From assembly GCA_012295275.1 (NCBI GenBank), contig CM022673.1, forward strand, positions 558,001 to 622,000: a stretch of 64,000 nt of DNA. The letters run 5' to 3'. The DNA comes from Chrysomallon squamiferum. Lineage: Eukaryota > Animalia > Mollusca. Positions within the stretch are counted from its first letter, which is position 1. Each line of letters starts with the position of its first letter. Made by a program: the position numbers and the translations under genes. A model generated the notes under the pieces. It saw nothing but the letters and a program-made list of their open reading frames with translations, was not told the DNA's origin and made no database searches. Below are positions 14,251 to 28,612 of the stretch, one piece after another.

Positions 14251-17200
14251 GAATGATGTTATAGTTATTAAAGCAAAACTGTATATAACTGAGATTTGAA
14301 AAGTATCATAATTGTGACTATGGCTTTCTGTTTTTGTCTGTTATCTACTTAACAATATTTTTTGTTAAGTTACCATTAAAATTCATGAAATTTAGAACTT
14401 CTTCATTATTTTATTTTTCCATGAAAAATTTCTTATTGTAATGATTAAATAAACTAGAGAGAAAAATATTAATAATAAAATAACAAAATTAACAATAAAT
14501 ACTGAGATTATATCCGTGTAATAGGTAAAATGAAATCCAAATTTAAAAAAAGTCACTACAATTTAAAAAAAAAAAAAAAAATAATGATTCTGTATCTATG
14601 GTGATCAGTTGCATTATTCTCATTTAATTTAATAAAATGATAAAAATAAGAAGTAACCTAGAGACTGTATCTAAGTAACAAGTAAAGAGAAACAAGATAA
14701 AAAAAATTAGATTTTGTATCTATGGTGATCATATGCCTTTTTTGTCCTTAAATTTCATTTTACAAAGATTTTAATTTTCATTTTAAAAAATATAGTTATT
14801 ATTATTTAAAATGATGATTATTATTATTCAAAATATTAGCACATACACATAGTTTTATTTTATATTTAAATAATTATTATTAAATATTAGTTATTTATTA
14901 TTATATAAATAAATATATAAATAATGCACATATAATATAATGTGGAAGTAAAAAGATGTTTGTTTTCTTCTCTTTCTTTTTAAAAAATATTTTTATTTTT
15001 AAAACATTTTAATTTATTTATTTCAGAATATTATTCTTGTGTACTAAAAATCTTTAGTTTTATGTTTTTTCTCATAATCCAGATGATTGTACTTAGCATA
15101 TTCTTATTTACTTATTTATTTGTTTACTATTATTATTATTACTACTACTATTATTGTTACTACTACTGATAGTACTATTACTATTATTATTATTAATTTT
15201 TATATATATTTTTTAAATTTATTTATTTATTTAGTTATTTTGTTTTTTGTTGAGGGTTTATATCCTGCAATTTTCCAACAGTAAAAAAATATTTAATGTT
15301 TTTAAAGTATCTGTTGGCTGCTTCAGAAAGTATTTAAAGAAAATTAATTACAGACCACAGCTGTTCAAAGAAAATAAGTGTTTAAATAAATAAATATATT
15401 TTTATCTATTAAATGCCATCTGAAAAACTTTTTTCTTTTCTTTTTTTGTTCCTGCTGATATTTATTAAGTAAAATTTTAATATATTTTCACTTTACTTTC
15501 TTTCTTTTTTTTTCCCCATTAAAAAAAAAAAATTTAAAAATAAAAAATAAAAAATATATTACATTTTTCATTCATTTAGTTATATTAAATTATATAGTGA
15601 CGTCATCACATGATGTTCTTGTGATTTTAATATTATTTATATTTATTTACTACAATATCTAAAATATTAAGTTCAGTATATTTTGCCATATTTTGTTAGA
15701 GTGGATGTAACAAAGAGTATTTTTATTACCACATTTGGGTTCACTGACCAAGACAATGATTGGAATAAATGTGCGTGCATATGTGTGCATGTGTGTGTGC
15801 GTGTGTATACATACATACATTTCATAAATATTTTGAACATTTAATTCTAAAATTAATTTGTAGTAACAAAACAGTAATAAGAGTTAACAAATGGTATCTA
15901 AAGTCTACAAGGATTTAAGAATTAACAAAATCTTAATCTGCCATTAATCTGTGCTGACACACACACACACACACACATTTTGTTGAACATATAATTGATG
16001 AATATCACTAATCAAATTTTTCACTGGTCAGTGGCATATTATTATTCAATTATGAATTATATATATATTTACTTTTTATTTATAAAATTATATACATGCT
16101 AAAAATACTGTTAAAAATTCTGATGTTATTGCTGAGTAAAAAAATAAATATTTATAAAATAAAAACTACTGGCATGAGTATGGCTAACTGGATGAACGCT
16201 ATATATTTTCTGGTTTAATTAAATTTGTTATCTATAGAGTTATCATCTTCTTGTAAATTTATATTACATGCTACATATATCTCAAAGACTTTTTATTGTA
16301 TATGACATCTAATATAAATAAAATATGCAAGCAAAAATGTAACAATTAATTCTTAGAAATATGCCTAATAATTAAAAAGAATTGTTTCAATACATATATT
16401 AATTTATCCAGTATCTTTTAGTGAATATTATATTACTTACATCATGATTACTAACAGTGAATACGTAATTACTTAGCCATCACAATTTCTAATAGTGAAT
16501 ACATGATTACTCACACACTACAATTTCCCCCTTTCAATGTATCATATTTAATAATATTATAAATTTTGGAATCTAAATACATTCAGTATGTTATTAATGA
16601 CTGCCACAGTACAGATTCAATAAAACACTATGAAAAATAATGCCTGTCATCAACATCAATACAATGATCATCATTTTCATCATCAGCATTATTCTGTTTG
16701 AAAGTAGTTAGAAGAAATTGTAAGACAAAGATTTTTGATATTTAGCAGTTTTCAAATGAGACCTTTTTAGTATATTATTACTATTCTTTTTCTTCTTCTT
16801 CTTCATATGTAACCTATACATTTGTTTAAATTTCAATACTTTTCTTTTCTTAATAAAACAAAAAACAAAACAATTAAAAAAAAGAAGAAAAAACCCACAC
16901 CATCCTATTCCAAAATCCCCAAAGCAACAAAAAAAAGTTGCCAACAGTTGATTCTATTTCAGTATTTGCTACCTTGTTAGTTTAATTAACAAACTGCTAG
17001 ACTTTTCACACGGTTACATATAAAAAAAAATTAAACTCAAGGTAGAAGCCAACAGCCTTTATGGTAGAAACCATAAAAATATTAAACAAAATAAAATTTC
17101 CCTTAAGTAACAAAATAAAAGTTTCTTTTAAATAAACAAAACAAAAATCAAAAGTATCTATCCTACAGCAAATAATATTTCCCCTCCTTTACCTGAGTGA

Positions 17201-17557
17201 AATGAAGAATGTCTCATGCATGATTCCAAGAATATGAAGAAGAATTCCGTGTAAAAACAAAGTGATGTGACTGCAGGGAAGGAACACAGAAGCTGGCAGA
17301 TAACAACAAACCCCATGAAGCAACAAGCTAAGTAAAATGGTCTGTTAGTTGTTCTGCCAGCCAATGGGATTGAAGAGAGAGTAGAGTGCACTTGTTGAAT
17401 GACAAGGCAAACTGCATTATTGCAGACTGCCTGACTTCTTGGGCAAGCCATCCTTGTTGTGATGTAAGATTCTGATTTCTTTACAACCTGTCTTCTTAAG
17501 TTATATATATGGTGCAGTTGTGTAAATAATGATTACATTTTTACAACTTTTATTTAC

Positions 17558-17600
<43 letters not shown>
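17558..17600. repeat. (AAT)n microsatellite
   Basis: Directly visible. Confidence 0.95.
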
Positions 17601-19557
17601 GCAAGTGTTTGTTATCTGAATAATCAGCAAGACTCACCAAAGTTAATGAAACTATTCACTTTAAAAAAAATAATTCTTGTAAATGAATGAAACCTGATTT
17701 TTTCATTCTATTTACAAGAATTAATTATTTATGAAAATGTTTTCATCTATATTTTACTTGCAAAAAACAGTGTCTCCCCACACAAAATGCATAAATGGGT
17801 AAAGAAGGTTAAAAAAAAAATATTGCATTTTATCACATATTTCAGAAATAAGAAATAAGTCACTTTTTAAGGTGGAGTATTTAAACATGCTGTGTGACTT
17901 ATCCAAGATTTTCACATCCTCCAAAATAATTATTTTTTAAAAAGAACTACTGATAACAACAACAATAACAACAACAAAAAAGCTCAAATTAAAATCTAAC
18001 AAATAACCTAATGATCCATATTATATTATTCTGCTGTACAATTTAATTTCCCATTTCTAATAATGTTTATTAAATTAAAAACTTCATGTGCTTATAATAG
18101 CATTAAAGAGAAATCTGTGTGAAGGCAGATTAGCAAAAATTATTTGCTTTTTTACATTTTAAGATATAATAATGCTTAAAATGAATGAATAAAAAAATAA
18201 GTTTTTGTAAAATCTGTCAAATGCATAATAATAATAATAATAATAAAAATTATAATAATCAATAATTAAAATTATTTAAAAAGTAGAAAATTTGTAGAAA
18301 AAGCAAAATGTACTAGATTTTATTTTAAAAACAAAACTAAAAAGTCAAAAGACAAAATACATATTTTAAAAATAAAGCATTGCTTAAGAATTTGAAATAA
18401 TTTGTTCTGAAGATTAATTATTTTATTATTTTATTTTTTGAATATTCTTCATATCTTTTGTTGATGATGATAATAATACATTTAGATATGTATATATAGT
18501 GAGAAATAAAAAAAGTAAAATAAAAAAAAAAAAAAAAAAAAAAAAATCACAGCTCTCTCATACATTCATATGCAACAGTTATGTAGCACCTGGAACAGTG
18601 TGTGCATTATGACTTCCACAAACAATAATCACAACATAAACCACTCAGCTACATAGCCAATGCTGGCAACGACACAGAGGCATAACGAAACTGTTTCAAA
18701 GGGCATCTCTCATCACCCTCTCTTTGGCTCAGAAGATGTAACAATTGGGAATAGTGAAACAAGGTGTTAAACATGAATCCCAATGGTCACAAGCAAGACC
18801 ACAAAGACTTGGAACAACTTTAGATGGTGTTAATAGACTGCTAAATGTTGTAACAGAGACAATCAATTGTTTTAGCAGAAAGCCCAAGTGTGATGTTAGG
18901 CACATTTTCTTGATCTATGTATACTAGTGTGACTGGGTACCATGTTCCATAATTTACCAATATGTATTTATTTTAAAATGATTTATTCCTTAGATTTAAA
19001 TATGTCTATGTACATAAATATACCAACATATTTTGTACTATGTCTAGTAATTTTAAATAGAGATGTGGTTTTTTTATTTTTTTTTTTTTTTTTTTTTTTT
19101 TTTGAAAAAAAAAAAAAAAAAAAAAAATAGAAATAGTATTATTTTTCTACTTTTTAATTTCTTTAAATTTATATAATTTGAAGGTTATATTTCTTAAAAA
19201 CAGGTCATTCTGGATTGGCTTTTCATTTTGAATCATAACTATCTTAATACTATTTATTTATTTTTATAAAATAATTTAGTAAATGTGAAAACTTATATTA
19301 CAATTATGTGCAAATTAACTCTTTATAAGAGACAGCTGATGCAAGAGAAATATGAATTACAAAAATATACATTTATTTTACATTAATTATTTTATTCTTA
19401 TGAAGAGAAAACTGAACATCTCTTTTACTTTCAATTTATTTTAATTATTTATTTATTTTTTTGCACCTATGTATGTATTTTATTTATTTTTCAATTTTTC
19501 AATGTTTTTATTTTAAAAAGCATCTTATATAATCTATTAAAAATAAAGAAAATAAAG

Positions 19558-19563
<6 letters not shown>

Positions 19564-19611
<48 letters not shown>

Positions 19612-19617
19612 TGTGTG
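19564..19617. repeat. (GT)n microsatellite
   Basis: Directly visible. Confidence 0.95.
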
Positions 19618-21583
19618 AATTCCTTAGCTCTTTTTAAAAATATTAATTGCTACTGTTGAAAAAACATTTTTCAAGATTTCATAACATGACAATGCTGATA
19701 TTTATGTTAGACATAATATATTATTCCTCTTAAGTTGTTTCCAAAATGGTAAACATCTTCACAGAGGTAACTAATTGTTTTAGCAGACAGTAAAATTCAT
19801 GATGCTTAAATCTTTCTCATATACCAGTTGCAGCTATTGAAATCTTAGAATGATTATGAAAGGAAAACATAAATGAAATTTAGGAAAACTTCATAACAAA
19901 AATTTCACAAAAGATATTTAAAACAGCTTCTCAATTAAAAAAGTTTTATAACAACCCCCCCCCAAAAAAAAAATATGGAAGAGAAAAGAAGGATCTGAAC
20001 AAAATGATTCATATCAGAAATTTAAAGCTTCTGAATGGAAATTTAAAAAAAAAAAGAGTTTTATTTATAAATCTAAAGAAAGTTTTAAAATAACATTTGA
20101 CTTCCTTCCGGCATGCAATCTATTTTAATATATCTTAATATTCTAATAATCATTAAATGTTTTTATATTTCATATGAAAATATTCTTTATAGACCAAAAT
20201 CTGATTCAGGTTTTTCACAAATATATCAGAACGGTTGCATTGTATCTCTATCATATTGTTGTAATTAATAATTAGGGTTATTTTTAAATAGGTTTGGGGG
20301 GTTTTGTGTGTGTTTTTTCAGGGTTGTTTCTTATTTTATTACTTTAGCATTGCTAAGTTTATAAAAAAATGGAAGAAAGAAAGAAGAAGAATTAAAAAGG
20401 ACAAAGAAAAAGAAGCAAATGAAATATAAAAGAAAAATAATGAACAAAGGAAAAGCAAAGTAAAGCAAAACTTAAGTTTCTCTGAAATCTACAACAGACT
20501 ATAAATTCCAGAACAACTTTCTTTAACCAAAAAAACTCCAACTAACTCCTGTTACATAACAAACTGGCCTGAACCAAGCAGTGTAGATTAACCACAATAT
20601 TTACTTTACAAAAGGAATTATTTTTGACAAAAACATAATACATTTTGAATTACATTACTAAGTATTATGTAACATGCCTGGAATTACATAAGGAGAATTT
20701 TTAATAGCTTTAGCAATTGCCTCCCTTCAACCACAGTAAATGAGCAGCTGTCAGTAACTAAAGTGTGATTGATCTCAGCTACATCTCCAGATCTCAGTGA
20801 CCCAGGATCAATACCCCTAAGTGGCAGTGAAGTTTTTTTTTGTGTGTGTGTTTTTTTTATTTTTTATATCAACAAAACACATTTGTGACCAATATTTTTT
20901 TTTTAAATGATCAAAATGTGGACAGAGGTTTTTGTTATTTGTTGCAGAAATGTTTAAGTAGCTGTGTAAAGTGAAGATCCATTCTTACAATAGTTATAGA
21001 GTATTCTTTTAATAAGGATGAATTTACTTAGAAAAAACAACAATTCAGAAATAAAGAAATTGTTAAATTATAAAGAAAAATATAAAAAGAAGGCTACTTT
21101 GCAAGTTCCACAGAATATTAATATTAATATTAATAATTGCAAAAATCTGAAGTACATTTGACCATTTTTTTAAATAGCCATTTAGAAAGTGTCTATACAC
21201 AAGTAGTAACAGAATGGGCTAACTGTGAAAACTAAATGTTTATTAAATACTGAAAACTGCAATTTGATGTTGTCACAGACGCAGACTACCACATAACAAT
21301 CAGTGGTAACTGAAACATAAAATGTGTTGCAATCCTCACTGCTGTTCTCACTTTCTTTTTATAATACCTAATAAGATATCAGTACAAGTGAACTTGATAT
21401 GAGCTGTTTCAGGGACTTTCTTTAAAAATAGCTTTTAAATTCAATATAGAAAAAACAAGAAAAATAATGTCATCTTCCCAGTTCTTCAGCACTTGCCAGC
21501 AACTCTGGTAGTTACTGGAACCGTAAGACAGAAAGGTACGGTAAAAGAGCTATTTTTTTGAGTGGGAACAGATAAGACAAAGA

Positions 21584-21790
21584 CTGAAGATTACTGGTGA
21601 TCTGGAGATGCAGAAAGAGGTAGGAGGACATTTTTATAAATCAGTTACAATGTATAAAGGGGTAAGAATGGAGAGGTTGTTATGAAGCAGGTAAGATCTG
21701 AAGATTACAGGTTATTATGGTATGGGTGCAGAAAGAGGTAGGAAGGGGGAGGTTGTTAATAAGCAGAAAAAAATCAGCAGATTAAAATTA
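21584..21790. repeat. Diverged tandem duplication, period about 114 bp
   Basis: ctgaagattac..tgcagaaagaggtagga occurs at 21584 and 21698; gaggttgtta..aagcag also occurs twice. Confidence 0.75.
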
Positions 21791-24700
21791 ATCTTACAAT
21801 CACAGATGCTAGTAGTGAAAAATCTTCTAAGTAATATTTTGTTTTTATACTTTTAATCAAGATTACAACCTCAAGATCCAAAAACATATTAGTAGGACAA
21901 ATGATACCTATATGCCAAGGATATCAAGCATTATGGGGATTGTGTGAGAAAAATATTTTAGGGTTAACTCGGCAGGTTACAATAACTTAATGTAATTTGG
22001 TACAAAGCACAGATGGTCTCTTGGAAATGAAACACATTAAGGACTTCCTTTTCTATGGCTGACATAAACTTCTTATTTGCTGTTTGCTTTTTCCCAATAA
22101 ACACAACAAAAACTGAGGCAGCAGAGACAAAAAATTAATGGGTCATTAATATAAACAACAGATGTATGTAACCTAATCCTTGCTCTTATTTTAACAGCAG
22201 GAGAAGCTAGCTGATAATCGGCATATTAAAAGAGTTATGGTAAAGTGGATATCTCCATAATAAAGAATGACTCTGTTTAAAATATAGACATTCTAGGGAA
22301 AATGTGGTGAACAAGGGGGTGCTGCATGCAGGTGCATCCATTTTAAAAGTATTGAACATTACATCACAGCTGGCAAAGAATGCGTTTCAAGCCAGAAAGC
22401 GCTATGTTTTCTTGATTGTTTTTAAATTATTTTCAACGTATCTTTATCAAAGTTGATGTTTGTTTAATGACATCTTGGTATACATTCCTGAACATTAAGT
22501 TACCAGGCAAGAACCTGAAAACAAAAAGAGCTATGCATTTGTTGTCTGTTGATAAGATAAACAAATGAATACAATTGTGTAATTAAGGTCAGTTGCATTA
22601 TATATCTTCCTTTACAAGCTGTATTGGCATTTTCCTATTAAACAGCCCTCAGGTTTTAATTTCATATTGTACATTAGTTTTACCCTGATAGAACATAGGT
22701 TTTCAGTCCATTGATCTGTTAACTTTAAGCCAATTGATGTTAAGTTCCTTTTTCCCTTTTGTTTTAAGTCCATTTTCTACTGCCACTAATTTAATGTTCA
22801 CTAGCTTTAAATTATTGCTATTTCCTAGTTTAAAATCCAGACTACTGGTACCTAAAAATTTAATGCTCATTCCTAACTTTTGGCTTTCAAAGAATACCAT
22901 ATAAAAGATTTTGAGTCTAAACATCTTTCAATCTACTAGCTTTTGGTTGATCATATACTCTGTACATTTTCTTTGGCCACTAATAGCAAAATAAAATAAT
23001 ATAAAGATGAAAAAGTAATGACTGTAAAGATGAAACTATAAAATATTAACAAAAATAATAAACATTAATTGATCTGATATCAAAATAGTTATAACACAAG
23101 AAAAATTACAATTGCTTATTCATGAATACTCATTAAGAACAAAAAGTGTTAAATGCAGAAAAAGATAATTAAAAAAATATATTTCTTTTCAGGATAAGTT
23201 TTTTCTCCATCTCTTACACTTTATCTAACTTTCTTTTCTTCTTTTTTCTTTTTTCACCTGCACATTAAATCGGAGAATTACCTTTACTCTACCTATTCAC
23301 TTCCACAAACCATTTTTCCATTTCAGAAACAAAACATTTATGTTTGAAAAACTGACAGCAAGAAAATATAAGACAAGCAAGGAAAAACAAAAGGATGAAA
23401 AAGTGATTTAATTCTACACAGCTGCCAAGGAAACTGACAGATGCAACCAGAGACTGACATACTATAAATCTACATTATATATGAAAATAAACAGCACTCC
23501 CCAAGATTAAAGCTAGGATCAAAAGCCTGAAAAAAAAAGACAGAGCAGAAAAAAAAAGAAAAAGAAAGAAAAACCTATCAACTTTGTTCCTACAAAGCAC
23601 CGGAAGAGATCCAGCAGAGGCCTAATAATATGTATTCATTAACACAGCTTCAATGGTAATAACACGTGGTTCAGAATCATAAAACAGGGACCTGGTCCCC
23701 AAAGAGTTAAAACAAAGCAAAAGGTGAATCTTTGAAGATTCTGTTTCATGTTTTATGGACAATAATAAACGTATGTATGTAAATAATTAAATAGTTCTGT
23801 ATACATAGATATATATGCTTTATGGATGTATATGCATGAATGTTCATACAGGTAACTACAAATAAACACTAATATATTTACAAAGACACAGACACATACA
23901 CACACATGCAAATTAAAACATTACACATAGATATATACATAGTTAATATATCTTGTTATATTTATATATGTAAATAACTATCAGAATTCAAAAGTTGCCT
24001 ATTTTATATGCAATTTATCATTAGCCTTTGATCTTTATTAAAGTCTTTTGTTTTCTACTGACTTCTTTTTTGGACTTCTATTCTTTTCTTTTTTGTCATT
24101 ATATAGGCATTTGTTTTGATTTTTCTTCAGTACATTAACAAATGAAAGGATATTTTCATACAACTGATTATACACTTGTTTAACTGTGTATTTTAAATAA
24201 AGATTTCAAATTAATGATATGAAAAAAAAAAAAAAAAAAAAAAAAAAACAGGAAGAAAGAAAGATAGAGATTTTAGAATAATAACTGAAAATATTATAAT
24301 AATTTTTTAAATGATTTCCCATTTTTTAACTATATATTTAATTGCAAAAGAGATCTTGTTTTTTAATGTAAAAAATTAAGTGCTTTTAAAAAAATGCTAC
24401 ATACATTTTTTTCATGCTTGTATACTATAATTTGCAGTGTAGGAAAAATGCTGGCTTTTGGTTTTCCACTTACATGTCAGTAATAATCTAATGACAACTC
24501 TAATACATGACCATAAAAACATTTTTTAATTTAATTTTTCCTTTTTTTCTTTCTGTGTGATCATTAATGACCATAATCAATTAATTGATCTATTAATTAT
24601 CTGATCAGTTCATCCATGAGTCACTTTGTCCATTTATATCTGTTTTGGTGTCAAAACAAAACCTTCTCAACCTTCTAAACCAAAAACAAACAGATATAAA

Positions 24701-26721
24701 AGTAACTATTATGATTATAAACAATTTCTTTTAGTAATTGTATTTGCATCTTCTTGCTAACAGAAAACTACAATTGATAAATCGTAAAGTGATTGTTTTC
24801 TTTCATTCTCAGTGATACATGAGTATTTTCTTGCAAACTGTATGGCAGCCCAAAGTGTTCACAGCCTTCATAAAGATCAAGTTTGATCAGGCCTGGCTAT
24901 ATTAACTCTTGGGTTACCCTCAAGGTTTCTCTTCCAAATTGGCAACAGCTGAAAACAATTGTGGTCTGTTGTGACTGTAAAATCTTTTCTAGGTCCAAAG
25001 CTGGGATCCAGTAATTGTTCTCACAAACTGTGTGTGTTTATAATGTTTCGCTACTTTATGCCCTCCCGGAGGTCAAGGAAGGAATCATGTAGGAATCATT
25101 AGACATACCCAAGCGACCATTACTGCACACCTGTTCTATGATATACAGGTTCAAAAAGACCCCCAAAATTAAAAAAAAAAAATCATTTCTTTTTCATTTT
25201 TTAAATTAGTATTATTATTATTTCTATCACAAAAATCCTCTTGTGATTTCCAGGCATGGTGTCAGGTTTGGATAATGATAAAAAGATCTGGCCTTCCTGT
25301 GGAAAAGTTGTCCCTCAAGCTGGTTAATAACATCACCATTCAGCATCACAGCACTTGCCACAGAACAAAGAACAGTTATTTGATAAGAAAGACATTAGGT
25401 TTGGTGGGAAAGATTAGAATACAGGATGGTTACATTTTCATGACAGTGTTTATTAAAACAGAAGGTGAAAATAAATCAGATGATATTGTTTTTTTTTATT
25501 GTTTTTTTTCCTTTTCTTCTGCCTTAACTATGTAAATGGAAATGATTAGAAAATAAAATATGTATTTCAAAATTCAGTTCAATAACTGATATCTGTTTTA
25601 ATTATTAATTGTGCTAATAGTCATCAATATCTGGTCATGAAAACTAGTAACTAGTTAGAGAGAGAGAGAGTTATATGGGAAGATTATATTTCACTGACAT
25701 AAATGACTGCTGTTATATTATTTTTATTATCATAAAGAAATATTTAAACTAAACAAGCAGATTTTCCTAATTAAACCTTTATCCTATTTTACCTGACCAC
25801 ATCAAAGTATGTTGATTAATGGGTGGAAAGAGCAGCTTTAAATCTTGTTTTATTTTTCTGTAAGAACTTATCTCAGAACAGAAATTAAACTTTTTGTTTC
25901 CAACAGAGAATGACCAACAAAAAACAAAATCTCTGAGTATAATATCATCTCTATGCCAATATTGCATTGAAAAACATGAGAAAAAAGTCTGCTTCTAGAT
26001 GAAATTATAAAGAATAAATTACTGAATAGAAGACAAGAGGGGGAGAACATTCACCACAGGCAACAGTTGTTGTCTTTGAAGATGATGACAATCTAAAATG
26101 GCCATGTGAAGTAAGTGGCAAACACTTGAGCCATTGCAGGGAGCCATAACGGACATTAAAAACAGAGCCAATTTAATCCTGTACTTCTCTCCCTCCCTCT
26201 CTTTTCTGTTGAGCAAAGTCTTTTTGTTCATTATCTCATCATCAGTGTAAAACTGGCAAGCATGAAAAACATAATCACCATTTCAATATTACAGCAGGCC
26301 TTTGGAAAGGCAATCAACAGTATCTGATTTCACTGTTTAAATAATTAACACTCATATTCATAGGAGAAAAGGCAAATAGAAGTTGTGCTGTGGGATAACT
26401 TGGAAAGTTTTTATAAAAAAAAAAATTAAAAATTTTTTAAATTCCACTTTAAGAAACTTTTAATAATATTATGTTTACATCTGGAAAAAAGTATTTAATT
26501 ATAAAATGAACATCTTGAGTTTCAATTCAAAGTTATTAGTAATTAAAAAAAAAATAATTATAAAAGTAAATAAATGCTTTAAATTACTAGATATATTTTA
26601 TTATTCTTCAACTGAGATATTTAAACAAAAAAATTTGATATAATGAATGAACATTGTTTAACTCATTTTCCCTCCAACCTATCTCCTCATACCTTCCACA
26701 TCTCTCCCATACCCTCCCTCC

Positions 26722-26723
26722 CT

Positions 26724-26793
<70 letters not shown>
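26722..26793. repeat. (CT)n microsatellite
   Basis: Directly visible. Confidence 0.95.
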
Positions 26794-26796
<3 letters not shown>

Positions 26797-28019
26797 TAAT
26801 CTTGCTCTTTCTTATATCTCTTAATTTTTGTTTAACCTCCTTTTTGCCTCTGCCAGAACCATAAACAAAACCAATATAAAACAATTTAGACCCATTGTTA
26901 TAAAACAGAGAAGTCAAAGTAAGTGGTGTTATGTTCATGTTCCCAGCCCTGCAGATGTCAAAACGTATTTTTTACAGCCTCAAAACATGATTGCAATGTA
27001 AATCAGCATTCACATTAGACAGTTGCCTGACAAGTCTCTTGTTGTTTTTTCTACAAGAAAGAAAGACTTTTTTTTAACCCTTCTGTTCTGATGTGTATAC
27101 CAGGCTTCAGCGAGTATTGTTCTACATTTATTACAAGAAACAAATCTGTTATGCTTAGTCTGGTCATAATAATATATATATCAAAGTTAATCATACGGTT
27201 TTGAGTTTTCTTACTTGAAACAGGCAAAATAACCATTTTGAGAAATAATTTATGTTTCTGAATCTTTTCACTTTAGTAATATGTTGAAAAAATAGACAAG
27301 AATGTTGATGGTATTTTTTTTCTTTTTTGAAGAAACAATGTTACAATTTCATGCTAAATTTCATGAATATTAACTAAATTTCAATCCTCTTTCTTAAGTT
27401 TTTCTTTTTTGTATTTAGTTTCATTTTTATTTTTATTTATTTATTTATTTATTTATATTTGTTGTTGTTTTTTGATTTTCCCTTTCTGTTTTGTTTTTCC
27501 TTTTCTTTATTTAAATCTATTTTACCAAAACAAATTTACCAAAATAATTTACAAAACTAATAATTCTGAAAGGTATTTAAAAAAAAATAATAATAAAAAA
27601 AAATAAATAAATAAAATCCTGTAATTTTATTTTCATATCAAATTGGTACCACACCTTTTTAATAATACAGATTACTTATTTTCTTTTTATGCCATGCATA
27701 TTATGTATATATAGTAAGCTTTAATTTCTTTAAATATTTTTTTTAAACATTTCAATAAGCAGTATTTAAATGTATAAATTAATCCAAGTTAGCTTTAAAT
27801 AAGTTGTTAAGATGCTAAATTTAAAACCTACATGTCTCTTAAAAGAGTTTATAAATTAGCCAACCTGTGTATGATCTATATCATAAAATAGTTAAATAAG
27901 GAAAAACAAGAATATTTTTAATTTAAAAACTCTGTAAATAGCTGCCCATTTAATAAAAAGAATTATATGGTACAACATAATTATAATGACAAAACAAAAA
28001 AAATAATAAAAAATAAAAA

Positions 28020-28612
28020 TAAAAATAGCTTGTGCTATATCTGAACTATAAAAAGAAATACATCATGCTATATTTTAAGTATGTGAAATACAGGATACTA
28101 ATTATGTTATGAAATATATTGTACTGCATAATAATTACAGAAAAAATACATTGTGCTATATTATTAAAAATATATATATAACAATAAATAATAATAGTAA
28201 TAAAAACTGTTAAGAAAAGTAACGCATGGTGCTATTTTGTAATTATGAAAAGAAATATAGTGTGCTATATATATATATATCTATAACAATAAGTAATAAT
28301 AACAAGAAAAAGTATTAAGAAAAGGAATGCAGAGTGCAATTTTGTAATTATGAAAAGAAATATAGTGTGCTACTTTGGTATTATATTTAAATTATAAAAA
28401 TAAATGTATTGTCCTTTGTCATAGTTATAAAAATAAATATACCGTCCTTTGTCACAGTTAAAAAAGTAAAAATACATGTTGCTAAATCATAATAATAAAA
28501 ATAAATGTAATGTCCTGTATCAAAAATATAAAAAGAAATACTAGTTGCTATATCATGAAAAGAAATACATGTTTCTATATTTTAATTATACAAAGACAAG
28601 TATTGTGCTAAA
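28020..28612. repeat. Degenerate AT-rich minisatellite, unit about 30-40 bp (aaaagaaataca..gtgctata..taattat)
   Basis: More than ten recognisable copies. ttttgtaattatgaaaagaaatatagtgtgcta occurs twice, near 28235 and 28340. Confidence 0.8.

Noticed and set aside
20750-20840. tRNA/SINE-like segment (also a B-box-like motif at 42374-42386)
   Set aside because: Only partial B-box similarity, with no cloverleaf or A-box.
28020-28612. Repeat arrays as CRISPR-like repeat-spacer structures (also 42575-43110)
   Set aside because: Units are degenerate along their whole length, with no constant repeat and unique spacers, no cas genes, and a eukaryotic context.
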